A stretch of DNA of 64,000 nt from Candidatus Moraniibacteriota bacterium (GTDB lineage Bacteria > Patescibacteriota > Minisyncoccia > Moranbacterales > GCA-2747515). Made by a program: the position numbers and the translations under genes. The notes below the pieces were generated by a model. It made no database searches and was not told where the DNA came from. It saw nothing but the letters and a program-made list of their open reading frames with translations. Below, piece by piece: positions 47,101-54,563 of this stretch; the stretch's first letter is position 1, and each line of letters starts with the position of its first letter. The stretch lies in assembly GCA_046116545.1 (NCBI GenBank), contig CP175956.1:1089734-1153733 (forward strand). Reading direction: 5' to 3'.

Positions 47101-49821
47101 CAAAATTGAAAAATGAATATCTTGATCACCCCAATTTTCTCCCCAAACTACTGATGGCTCATCATTTGAATTAATCACTATATCTAAATTTAATGTCTCA
47201 ACATTGCCAGATAAACTATCACTCTCCGTTGACTCACCGTCACCGCCAGTCCAAGATGATCCATTCCACATTTTGAAATGTGTACTAGACCACTCAAGCT
47301 CACTCCATACAATCATAGGACGATTATCAGAAGTCAATTCCATATCCATATATTGAACTTGTTTACCTGTCTCATCTACTACATCATATCCTATTGTTCC
47401 ATCCATCTTTTCCCATGCTAGACTATCTAATCTTGTAAGATGTATATTTTGTTGCTCATCTACCCAAGATACAATAGGATTATCTTCATTATCTAAATTT
47501 AATCGTACTATTTCAGTATATCCAACATTCATATGACGACTTTCCCAAGAACCTTCATCCCACGTCTGCACACCTAACCTGATAATCCCCTCAGCATTTA
47601 TGACATATGCAACAACTGGATTATTATTTGAATCAACTTTTAATTGAGGTATTCCATTAGACATCCAATTCTCAAGTTCATCATTATCAGTCCCACCATC
47701 CATAGAGCTCCATGAGCCACCATTCCAATGTGCAAAATGTATAGAACGCATATCCGCATTATCCACATATGTAATCATTGGATTATTATTGCTATCCCTA
47801 GCTAATTGAATTTGTATTGGAGAACCTCCAAAATTCATCTGATCATATGATGCTGGACTACTCATTTTACCGTTCCACTCACTACCTGTCCATTCAGTAT
47901 AACCAACTTCAAATCCTTCCCCATTATCTATCTTTGTTACAATCATAGGATGCCCACCAGAACTTAATACCATATTAAATTCATAATTCCACATTGGCAA
48001 ATTATCACTGAATATTCTATCAGAATCAATAATTCCTCCCATAGTAACCCAAGCATCACCACTCCATTTTCTCACAAATATATCAACTGCATCTTCTTGT
48101 ACATCAGGGATTTCCTCTTGTATACCAATCCAAGCTACAACAGGATTTCCATCATTATCCACAAAAATTTGTGGTTGACTAGCTTGTCTACAACCATCAT
48201 TGGCCTCATCTATTGGTCCCTCCATTGTAAATGCAAGGGCATTATGTACACCAAGCAATCTCAACAAATTATCCAACATGCCAATATCACCGGGTTCACC
48301 TCCGGGTTCACCATCTCCACCTTCATCTGAACACATGGATACAGTTGTCGAAATATCCTCCTTACCAGCAACATCACTCATTGTAACCCAATCATCACCA
48401 TCCCACATTGTAAACATTATATCACCATCTTCTTCCCAAACTACCATTTGATTTCCATCACTATCTAGTGTTATTTTTGGATCATATCCACGATCATTCA
48501 TATTATTTTGTATGTCCTCTTTTCCTAACGTAGACCTATCTGCATTTGTCCAGACACCGCTAAACCCTGCTAATGAAAATGATGTGTCTTCATTATCCAA
48601 AAACGCAGTTGTTTCATCTTTGTCTACAAAGTTTTCTGTATCAAAACTGTCTTCAAATCCAAATTCATTCCCATCTGGACGAGTCGTAAAATTCCAATCA
48701 TCTTTAACATCAAATCCTGCAAAATCATTTATAAAAGACTCCTCAATTAAAACAAAGTATTTCGTGTCAAAGCTTAATTCTTGTTCCCAATCAATTACTA
48801 AATTACTTGTATTCCAACCTGTAATTCTATCACTCATACCATCTAATTCTTCTATCAAGCTCTCATCATCATACTTATATATTCCTATATTACCATTTCC
48901 AAAGACTGCATCCTCAGTAAATTGAATACTAAGATTATCGTTATTATCTGCAGTATTGCTCCCATGTATAGGATATTTACTGTCAATCACCAAACCTGTT
49001 ACAGAAGGATAAAAAAACATTCCTCCGATATAATAATAGTAATTTAACGTATCAGTATCCACAACTTCAACTATTTCTTCCGTGTTTATATTTACGTTAT
49101 ACACAACATAACTATCCTCAACAATATAAAAATTTTCTCCATCAATATTCACCAGATCATTTATATCATCTCCAAAATCTCCAATGCCTTCATATACCAT
49201 TGTAGGTTCTGATGGATTATTCAAATCAATTGTATACATGTCTACTCCATCCACATAGTACATCAGTTCATTTTCAATATCATATGATAATGCTATACCT
49301 CTATGATTATAATCATAATTTTCTATGAAAGTTATTCCTACATTAACTTCATTAATTAAATACAAAGAAGCATCTTCTACACTAGACATTCCATACAAAC
49401 TACCATCCTTATCAAAGGCTATAGATTGAATATTCTCAGATAAATCACCAATTTTCACTATATCTCCAGTATCCATATCCACAGTAGCTAGCACAGAATC
49501 ACCTTCTGCATCAAAAACAGCAAATACAATTCCGGTATCCCAATTTACAGCTACACTTAATATGTTGTGCCAATCTCCAATAGGTGTTGCATCCAAAGAT
49601 GTTGCCTTATCTGCTTCAAAATCACCCTCATCAACTCCATACAAATAACTATTACCCGCACTTCTGTTATAGCTCTCCAAAATATATAAATCCAGCTCTT
49701 CGGATGCTGGAATAGCTGGCATAGACGGTAACGGAGCTTCTGGTGCAGCAACTACGACATTAGCAAATAAAAAAACGAAAATACTAATTATTCCAATAAG
49801 CTTCATTCTCAAATTTATCAT
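44185..49821 (-). CDS. giant acidic surface protein (1878 aa) with propeller-like repeats and a C-terminal region where TM helices alternate with two CarboxypepD_reg-like beta-sandwich domains
   Basis: A signal peptide is present. Repeated blades 'DGNPVVAWI', 'NNPMITYV', 'NNPVVAYV', 'DNPIVSWV', 'NRPMIVWS', 'DEPSVVWG' carry a periodic Trp. The C-terminus has hydrophobic helices flanking 'PLPGVKLVLTDIEGFEIETTYSDQHGRFGFLTTNGTYLI' and 'PVPFAVVSLHNKETNQKTGFAVTDAIGRYYLLAENGDYNMKV'. The true start may be the Met 5 codons downstream (MKLIGIIS...). Confidence 0.8.
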   Translation of the reverse strand: MINLRMKLIGIISIFVFLFANVVVAAPEAPLPSMPAIPASEELDLYILESYNRSAGNSYLYGVDEGDFEADKATSLDATPIGDWHNILSVAVNWDTGIVFAVFDAEGDSVLATVDMDTGDIVKIGDLSENIQSIAFDKDGSLYGMSSVEDASLYLINEVNVGITFIENYDYNHRGIALSYDIENELMYYVDGVDMYTIDLNNPSEPTMVYEGIGDFGDDINDLVNIDGENFYIVEDSYVVYNVNINTEEIVEVVDTDTLNYYYYIGGMFFYPSVTGLVIDSKYPIHGSNTADNNDNLSIQFTEDAVFGNGNIGIYKYDDESLIEELDGMSDRITGWNTSNLVIDWEQELSFDTKYFVLIEESFINDFAGFDVKDDWNFTTRPDGNEFGFEDSFDTENFVDKDETTAFLDNEDTSFSLAGFSGVWTNADRSTLGKEDIQNNMNDRGYDPKITLDSDGNQMVVWEEDGDIMFTMWDGDDWVTMSDVAGKEDISTTVSMCSDEGGDGEPGGEPGDIGMLDNLLRLLGVHNALAFTMEGPIDEANDGCRQASQPQIFVDNDGNPVVAWIGIQEEIPDVQEDAVDIFVRKWSGDAWVTMGGIIDSDRIFSDNLPMWNYEFNMVLSSGGHPMIVTKIDNGEGFEVGYTEWTGSEWNGKMSSPASYDQMNFGGSPIQIQLARDSNNNPMITYVDNADMRSIHFAHWNGGSWSSMDGGTDNDELENWMSNGIPQLKVDSNNNPVVAYVINAEGIIRLGVQTWDEGSWESRHMNVGYTEIVRLNLDNEDNPIVSWVDEQQNIHLTRLDSLAWEKMDGTIGYDVVDETGKQVQYMDMELTSDNRPMIVWSELEWSSTHFKMWNGSSWTGGDGESTESDSLSGNVETLNLDIVINSNDEPSVVWGENWGDQDIHFSILPTEIISPAVVQSDKINGSIADIIKATLIADEELEGESRIEYYLSIDGGATWIQVNSGEELIFDIKGDNLRWKAILYKGSVPVLDGVRVEYESQSIMPPTPGDNTVIKTILECECYEVGSEESTHSDTTSFLYSNNNQVTWEYVLMPDSDKKDCNVTDIKMIDEEQVTTEWSQPQSVYEVSTNWPSADNTINNDVVTGDVYTYDTEAAYAIYDMSESKQIQKMRAYIDSSSDDLPKIDIYISDDVNNMGSALISDWDINTPDSWEESIDIDEFGRYIKYVFNHDIVLPSWTDITDISHWNAFHPAGAGASPLNGTWDGVKYIGQKTYEFSLELITPDVITASDKLRFELNHDGDDVNVIIWQWNAAGTNLEMWQTQVISSTGGEIDLTGMDRNLGSVRFQTANGTILEVLKIERIPNIATSIDAQVNEISVLTTETQVPDNTGSDFTYKTKPDPSCDSPVTPPIDPEDPEEEKECKTDNIKEITKDSVTLRVEVDEEYADEKIKFKVEVENLYTNEKETIKLTDKPSDSGRVTLEIDNLEEDTQYRFKVSYQEDDSYEYCPHSKTATTEKTTLGPTKEIVNPECGESSKTYTEDESEFTGDFCQTGEVLNIPEFPNQGESSSWTCTNDDEEITCSASREEKEIVTPPVVQGGSDPEPPAQEVTDPPVQEPTKEQQKEKQYQAAAVVGLTTGTLIALASTTIPLFTTIPMAATDIFIMPFLGILARRKNEQNWGTVFEQTTKQPLPGVKLVLTDIEGFEIETTYSDQHGRFGFLTTNGTYLIHPEKPKYEEDLTHNHDSLYGDVYTGEALTIEENKVLATNIAMNALNINWNEYADKKVKSYTGTFSAIKKWSFIILFYVGFIATAAITYLYPSTLNYIFLSLYMALFIYDNFIKQKKYGTVTKHDKNPVPFAVVSLHNKETNQKTGFAVTDAIGRYYLLAENGDYNMKVKGQPISGQPFEKQGNINVRKGLA

Positions 49822-49868
49822 ATTTTCTTACTATTTATATATATTTTATATTATAGAAATTATACCAT

Positions 49869-49905
49869 AAAAAAAAGAATCATGAAATTCATGATTCTTT
49901 TCTTA
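49869..49905 (-). terminator. rho-independent terminator of pyk (bidirectional hairpin)
   Basis: Stem AAAGAATCATG / CATGATTCTTT with loop AAATT. It is flanked by A8 upstream and a T-run downstream, 20 nt after the pyk stop. Confidence 0.65.
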
Positions 49906-49924
49906 TATTTTTCTAACAATTGAA

Positions 49925-51346
49925 TTATAGTTGTTCAACTATAAGCATATTTGTTGTTCCTGATTTACCAAAAGGCAATCCAGCAACAATTACAATTTTA
50001 TTTCCTTTCTTTGCATATCCCTGTTCTTTTACAATCTTTTTTGCTTGTGCCACAGTTTCATTTGTTGTGCTAAATCCATCAATAATATGTGCACATACGC
50101 CAAAAGATAATTGCAAATGTTTATATGCGTCTTCGTTTGGAGTAAGTGCCACCACATCTCTTCTAGGCTTGTACCTTGAAATTTTTCTAGCGCTAAATCC
50201 AGACTCTGTCAAAGCCACAATTACACTTGCATCTACATCATGTGCAATTTGTATTACACTTTTTGAAATAGCATTTACAGTTCTACATGAATGATCTTCA
50301 TTGTCCTCAACGATTCTACATTTCATATCTCTCTCAGTTCTCACAGCGACATTCGTCATTGTTTGTACAGTCTCAAGGGGATATTCGCCTACAGCACTCT
50401 CTGCTGAAAGCATAACAGCATCTGCTCCATCTAATATTGCATTTGCAACATCAGTAACCTCCGCTCTGGTAGGCACTGGTGCAGAAATCATAGATTCTAA
50501 CATCTGAGTTGCAACTATAACGGGCTTTCCTACTATATTACACTTTTTCACAATCATTTTTTGTAAATGTGGCACATCACAAGCAGGAACTTCTACAGCA
50601 AGATCCCCTCTAGCCACCATTATTCCATCGGCTTCAGAGATTATTGCATCTATATTTTCAATAGCTTCTGGGGTCTCTATTTTCGCAATTATTTTCATTG
50701 TTGCTTTTTTCTTCTTCAATATATTTTTCAGCTGCTTAATATCTTTTGCTGAGCGGACAAAAGAAATTGCCATAAAATCAACTCCTTGTTCAATTCCAAA
50801 TGCAACATCTTTTTTATCTTTTGTAGTTAATGCATCCATACTTAATCTTGCACCAGGTACATTCACACCTCGTCTAGATCTTATCATTCCACCAACCACA
50901 ACCTTGGTTTCAATTTCAGTATCAGTTGTTTTTATAACAACTAATTTTTTTGTGCCATCATCAATAAGTATTTCTTGCCCTTTTTCAACTTCTTTTGATA
51001 ATTTTTTATAATTTATACTAACTATTTTTTCATTTCCTGCCACTTTTTTTGCAGTAATAATAAATTTTTGTCCTTTTTTCAAAGTTATTTGCCCATCAAC
51101 AAAATCACCTATGCGAATTTTTACCCCACCTAAGTCTTGTAAGATTGCTATATCTCGTTTTGTTTTCTTTGTTGCTTCCTTTATAAATTTAATTCTTTGT
51201 CCGTGCTCAGCATGGTCTCCATGAGAAAAGTTAAGTCTTGCAACATTTACACCTGCATTGATTAATTTAGTTAAAATTTCTGGTTTTTCAGAAACAGGAC
51301 CAATCGTTGCTACAATTTTCGTTTTCTTCAAGTAATACTTTGACAT
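49925..51346 (-). CDS. pyk: pyruvate kinase
   Basis: 473 aa. 'TKIVATIGP', 'RLNFSHGDHAEH', 'MVARGDLAVE' and a C-terminal allosteric domain are all present. Confidence 0.9.
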   Translation of the reverse strand: MSKYYLKKTKIVATIGPVSEKPEILTKLINAGVNVARLNFSHGDHAEHGQRIKFIKEATKKTKRDIAILQDLGGVKIRIGDFVDGQITLKKGQKFIITAKKVAGNEKIVSINYKKLSKEVEKGQEILIDDGTKKLVVIKTTDTEIETKVVVGGMIRSRRGVNVPGARLSMDALTTKDKKDVAFGIEQGVDFMAISFVRSAKDIKQLKNILKKKKATMKIIAKIETPEAIENIDAIISEADGIMVARGDLAVEVPACDVPHLQKMIVKKCNIVGKPVIVATQMLESMISAPVPTRAEVTDVANAILDGADAVMLSAESAVGEYPLETVQTMTNVAVRTERDMKCRIVEDNEDHSCRTVNAISKSVIQIAHDVDASVIVALTESGFSARKISRYKPRRDVVALTPNEDAYKHLQLSFGVCAHIIDGFSTTNETVAQAKKIVKEQGYAKKGNKIVIVAGLPFGKSGTTNMLIVEQL

Positions 51347-51390
51347 AATTATTTAATAAATAATAAATTGATAATTAATAAATGATATTT

Positions 51391-51747
51391 TTATAATCCA
51401 AACATTTGTGCAAACGGATTTATATTTTCCCCTTTTTCAATTTCAAATCCAGCCCGTTGCCATGCGCTTATTCCGCCAGAGACATCAAAGCAATTTTCAA
51501 ATCCTTCATTTTGTAAAATATTACAAGCAATTTGGGATCTGCTTCCAGTAGCACAATATATCAAAATCTTTTTATTTTTATCTAAATCTGAAGTATCTCC
51601 TTGTATTTCATTTAATGGTTTTAATATACTGTTAGCTATTTTACTCATAGTATTTTCACCCGCAGTTCTTACATCTAACAAAATCACATCTTTATCTTTT
51701 TCTAGTATTTCTTTTGTTTCTTCAACGGTAATTGATGGTACATTCAT
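51391..51747 (-). CDS. rhodanese-domain protein (single-domain sulfurtransferase)
   Basis: 118 aa. Active-site loop 'IYCATGSRSQIACNIL'. Confidence 0.8.
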   Translation of the reverse strand: MNVPSITVEETKEILEKDKDVILLDVRTAGENTMSKIANSILKPLNEIQGDTSDLDKNKKILIYCATGSRSQIACNILQNEGFENCFDVSGGISAWQRAGFEIEKGENINPFAQMFGL

Positions 51748-51827
51748 ATGAAATTTGTATTTAATAAAACGCTACTTATTATACACAATAAATAGCGTTT
51801 TGTCAATATCATTCCATTGTAATCAAC

Positions 51828-52358
51828 TCAATCTTTATGTTGATTCCAAGGCATTTTTATAAGTACTTTTGTCATCATACAATTTCCACTAAATCCTGCA
51901 TATAAAAATCCTAAACTTATGCCCAAAGGCAAAATAAGGAATAAATCATTTTCAAAAATAACCTTGAACATGAGACCTGCCAAAACAATAATTCCAGCAG
52001 TTATTAAAACTTGACGCATTATTGGAATACGATTTTTATTATTACCTGCCGTTGGTAATTTTTCTGTCTTCCAGGCATTGATACCACCTTCCACACTATA
52101 ATGATTATCAAAGCCACAATCTGTCAAAATATTACAAGCCATTTGCGAACGACTTCCACTTGCACAATGTAGATATATTTCATCATACTTTTTTAATTCA
52201 GTAGAATGATTTTTCAATTGATCAACTGGAATATTTATTGTATTTGGTATCCTTTCTGCATCATGTTCAGCCTCTGTTCGCACATCTATACAAATAAGAT
52301 TTCCTTTCTTATTTTTTAATTTTTCATTTAATTCCTGTGGAGTAATTACTTGTGACAT
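51828..52358 (-). CDS. rhodanese domain fused to a C-terminal YgaP/DUF2892-like membrane segment
   Basis: 176 aa. 'YLHCASGSRSQMACNIL' followed by TM helices and a 'GFSGNCMMTKVL' motif. Confidence 0.7.
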   Translation of the reverse strand: MSQVITPQELNEKLKNKKGNLICIDVRTEAEHDAERIPNTINIPVDQLKNHSTELKKYDEIYLHCASGSRSQMACNILTDCGFDNHYSVEGGINAWKTEKLPTAGNNKNRIPIMRQVLITAGIIVLAGLMFKVIFENDLFLILPLGISLGFLYAGFSGNCMMTKVLIKMPWNQHKD

Positions 52359-52434
52359 TTATTTATATTTATAAATTATATTTTTATTTACCTACAGTAT
52401 ACCATAATACAAATTGTTATCCACAGGAACCTTT

Positions 52435-52463
52435 TGACAAATATCTATAAATTTAGTACAAAT
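52435..52463 (+). promoter_or_regulatory. candidate sigma70-type promoter for the small plus-strand ORF
   Basis: TTGACA (52435-52440), a 17-nt spacer, then TACAAA (52458-52463). This sits about 45 nt upstream of a perfect SD. Confidence 0.35.
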
Positions 52464-52509
52464 AGGGTGTGCTTTATATTTAAAAATAAAATAACAAGGA
52501 GAAAAATAA

Positions 52510-52677
52510 ATGCCCAATGCCAACCAAAAAGATAGCCTTACAATTCCTGTAAGATGTGGTAGTGGATATATTCGTGTACCAGAAACTGATCGTACACGCG
52601 AACCTTATACAGATATAAGACAACCTACGGGTGATAAAAACAAAGATACATCACAAAAACAAACCGTAAAAATATGA
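52510..52677 (+). CDS. small protein (55 aa), hypothetical; the only convincing plus-strand gene I found in the window
   Basis: Not in the ORF track because it is under 60 aa. Product: MPNANQKDSLTIPVRCGSGYIRVPETDRTREPYTDIRQPTGDKNKDTSQKQTVKI. A perfect SD AAGGAGA lies 7 nt upstream of the ATG (rare in this window), with a TTGACA promoter further upstream. A perfect 11-bp-stem terminator begins 13 nt after the TGA. Confidence 0.5.
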   Translation: MPNANQKDSLTIPVRCGSGYIRVPETDRTREPYTDIRQPTGDKNKDTSQKQTVKI

Positions 52678-52689
52678 AGCACAATCAAA

Positions 52690-52730
52690 AAGCAACTCTC
52701 AATTTTTGAGAGTTGCTTATTTTTTTATTT
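52690..52730 (+). terminator. rho-independent terminator, probably bidirectional (serving the 55-aa ORF and the convergent MBL ribonuclease gene)
   Basis: Perfect stem AAGCAACTCTC / GAGAGTTGCTT with loop AATTTTT, then ATTTTTTTATTTG. Confidence 0.7.
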
Positions 52731-52815
52731 GTTTTTTAAATATATTAATTTACTTTAAAATGACTGTTTACAAAAATATATTTAGCGAACACATCTAACA
52801 TATACACTTATCATT

Positions 52816-54186
52816 TTAAAACTCAATTTCTTCCACGCTATCCTTCTTCGGAACAACCACGTTTAGATTATATTTCTGCTTAAGTTTTTCAGCTAAAAAT
52901 TGTGATGATGACACCTCGCCCATAGTTACAAAAACTTTTTGAAGCGTACTAACACTATCTCCCACAAATTCAATGAGATTATTACTATCTTTATGTCCAG
53001 AATATCCTCGTATTGATTCAACTCTGATTCTAAGTCTCACCCATTTACCATCGATGAATACTTTACCTTTTTTCTTTTCTTGAATATCTCTGCCCAAAGT
53101 ACCAAATGCTTGATAACCAATAAATAAAACTGTATTATTTTTATTTCCCAACAACTTCTTTTCATGCAATCTAATCCTACCACCATTAGACATCCCTGAA
53201 CTTGCTATAATAATTTTGGGTCCTTTTTGCTTTTCTATAGAATGTGATTCTGCTACATTTTTTATAGTTACAAATTTTGGAAAATCAAATATATCATCGC
53301 CTCGTGCAATCTCTCCTTTAACCCTATTGTTAAATAATTTTTTATGCTTTCTAAATATATCTGTTACTCTTTGAGCTAACGGTGCATCAAAGTAAACAGG
53401 TATTTCTGGAACCTGTCCATGTTCAACAAGTTTATTTATTTCATAAAGTAATATTTGAGCTCTTTGCAAAGCAAATGTTGGTATCAACAATGTGCCATTT
53501 CTTTTATAATTTTCTCGGATTGTTTGCGCAAGCTTTTCAGTTCTACCTCTGCGATTCTCATGATTTCTATCTCCATAAACACTTTCCATAAGCAAATAGT
53601 CAATTCCTTCAATTTTTTCTGTATCTGGTAAGATAAGTGCTGGAGAATTCCCTAGATCACCTGTAAAAACCATCGATCTATCATTACGCTCAAATTTAAC
53701 CATTGCACTACCCAAGATATGACCTGCATCCATAAATTCAGCAGTCACATTATCACCAATAATAAATTTATGATGATATTCTATAGTACGCCATAGATTA
53801 AATGAATGTACAATATCACTCTTATCATAAAGTGGCTCACAACCCATTTCATCAGCTTCTTGGGTGAGAATTTTTAATGCATCATCAAACATCACACCAG
53901 ACAAATCTTTTGTGGCCTGAGTAGAATAAATAATTCCCTTAAATCCATCTCGCACTAATTGTGGAATTTTTCCAATATGATCAGCATGTGCGTGAGTCAC
54001 AACAAGTACATCAATCTCCGAAGGCTCATAATGAAATTTATTATCTAATGTATAACATTGCTGTCCACTATGCGTAAGTCCACAATCAATAAGAATTTTT
54101 TTATCTCCTACATCGAAAAGAAAATTAGCACCTGTTACACTGCCTGCTCCCCCATAAAATGTTATAGTCGATTTTTGATTTTTCAT
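52816..54186 (-). CDS. beta-CASP family MBL-fold ribonuclease (RNase J / CPSF73-like, with RNA-specificity domain)
   Basis: The metallo-beta-lactamase 'HAHADHIG' motif, beta-CASP motifs, and a C-terminal 'GYSGHKDSNNLIEFV' (RMMBL-like) block. I place the start at the internal Met (MKNQKST...). The ORF-track start at 54306 would run through the upstream terminator hairpin and overlap the DUF2892 gene. Confidence 0.75.
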   Translation of the reverse strand: MKNQKSTITFYGGAGSVTGANFLFDVGDKKILIDCGLTHSGQQCYTLDNKFHYEPSEIDVLVVTHAHADHIGKIPQLVRDGFKGIIYSTQATKDLSGVMFDDALKILTQEADEMGCEPLYDKSDIVHSFNLWRTIEYHHKFIIGDNVTAEFMDAGHILGSAMVKFERNDRSMVFTGDLGNSPALILPDTEKIEGIDYLLMESVYGDRNHENRRGRTEKLAQTIRENYKRNGTLLIPTFALQRAQILLYEINKLVEHGQVPEIPVYFDAPLAQRVTDIFRKHKKLFNNRVKGEIARGDDIFDFPKFVTIKNVAESHSIEKQKGPKIIIASSGMSNGGRIRLHEKKLLGNKNNTVLFIGYQAFGTLGRDIQEKKKGKVFIDGKWVRLRIRVESIRGYSGHKDSNNLIEFVGDSVSTLQKVFVTMGEVSSSQFLAEKLKQKYNLNVVVPKKDSVEEIEF

Positions 54187-54243
54187 ATTTTTGTTTTGTA
54201 TTTTTCGTATACTCTTATTATAGCACAAACTTTTTGGACTAAA

Positions 54244-54268
54244 AAACGAGCATATGAAATGCTCGTTT
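54244..54268 (-). terminator. rho-independent terminator of the DUF2892 gene
   Basis: Perfect 10-bp stem AAACGAGCAT / ATGCTCGTTT with loop ATGAA. UUUUUUAG follows on the minus strand, about 20 nt after the stop. Confidence 0.6.
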
Positions 54269-54286
54269 AATGTACTCCCAAATTTT

Positions 54287-54523
54287 TTATTCTCGCCTAA
54301 ATCCAAGTTTGTCCATTATAAGTGCCATTGGGCAATATCCAGTCATTGCAAAACTCATAAACATAAACCCTACAAACAATGTAAAATACAACCATCTCTC
54401 ATCTACCACTAATGCAAGCACAGCTGAACCAAACACCAATAGTCCTCCTATAAAGTAAACCATTCTTGGTATATGCCAATATCCTATACAAAGTCTATAC
54501 GGCTTTTTCTTTTGCTCTGTCAT
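54287..54523 (-). CDS. DUF2892 (YgaP-like) small membrane protein
   Basis: 78 aa with two TM helices and a conserved 'GYCPMALIMDKLGF' motif. Confidence 0.55.
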   Translation of the reverse strand: MTEQKKKPYRLCIGYWHIPRMVYFIGGLLVFGSAVLALVVDERWLYFTLFVGFMFMSFAMTGYCPMALIMDKLGFRRE

Positions 54524-54563
54524 AATATTTTAATATTAATAGATTAACCTTAATTTAATTATA

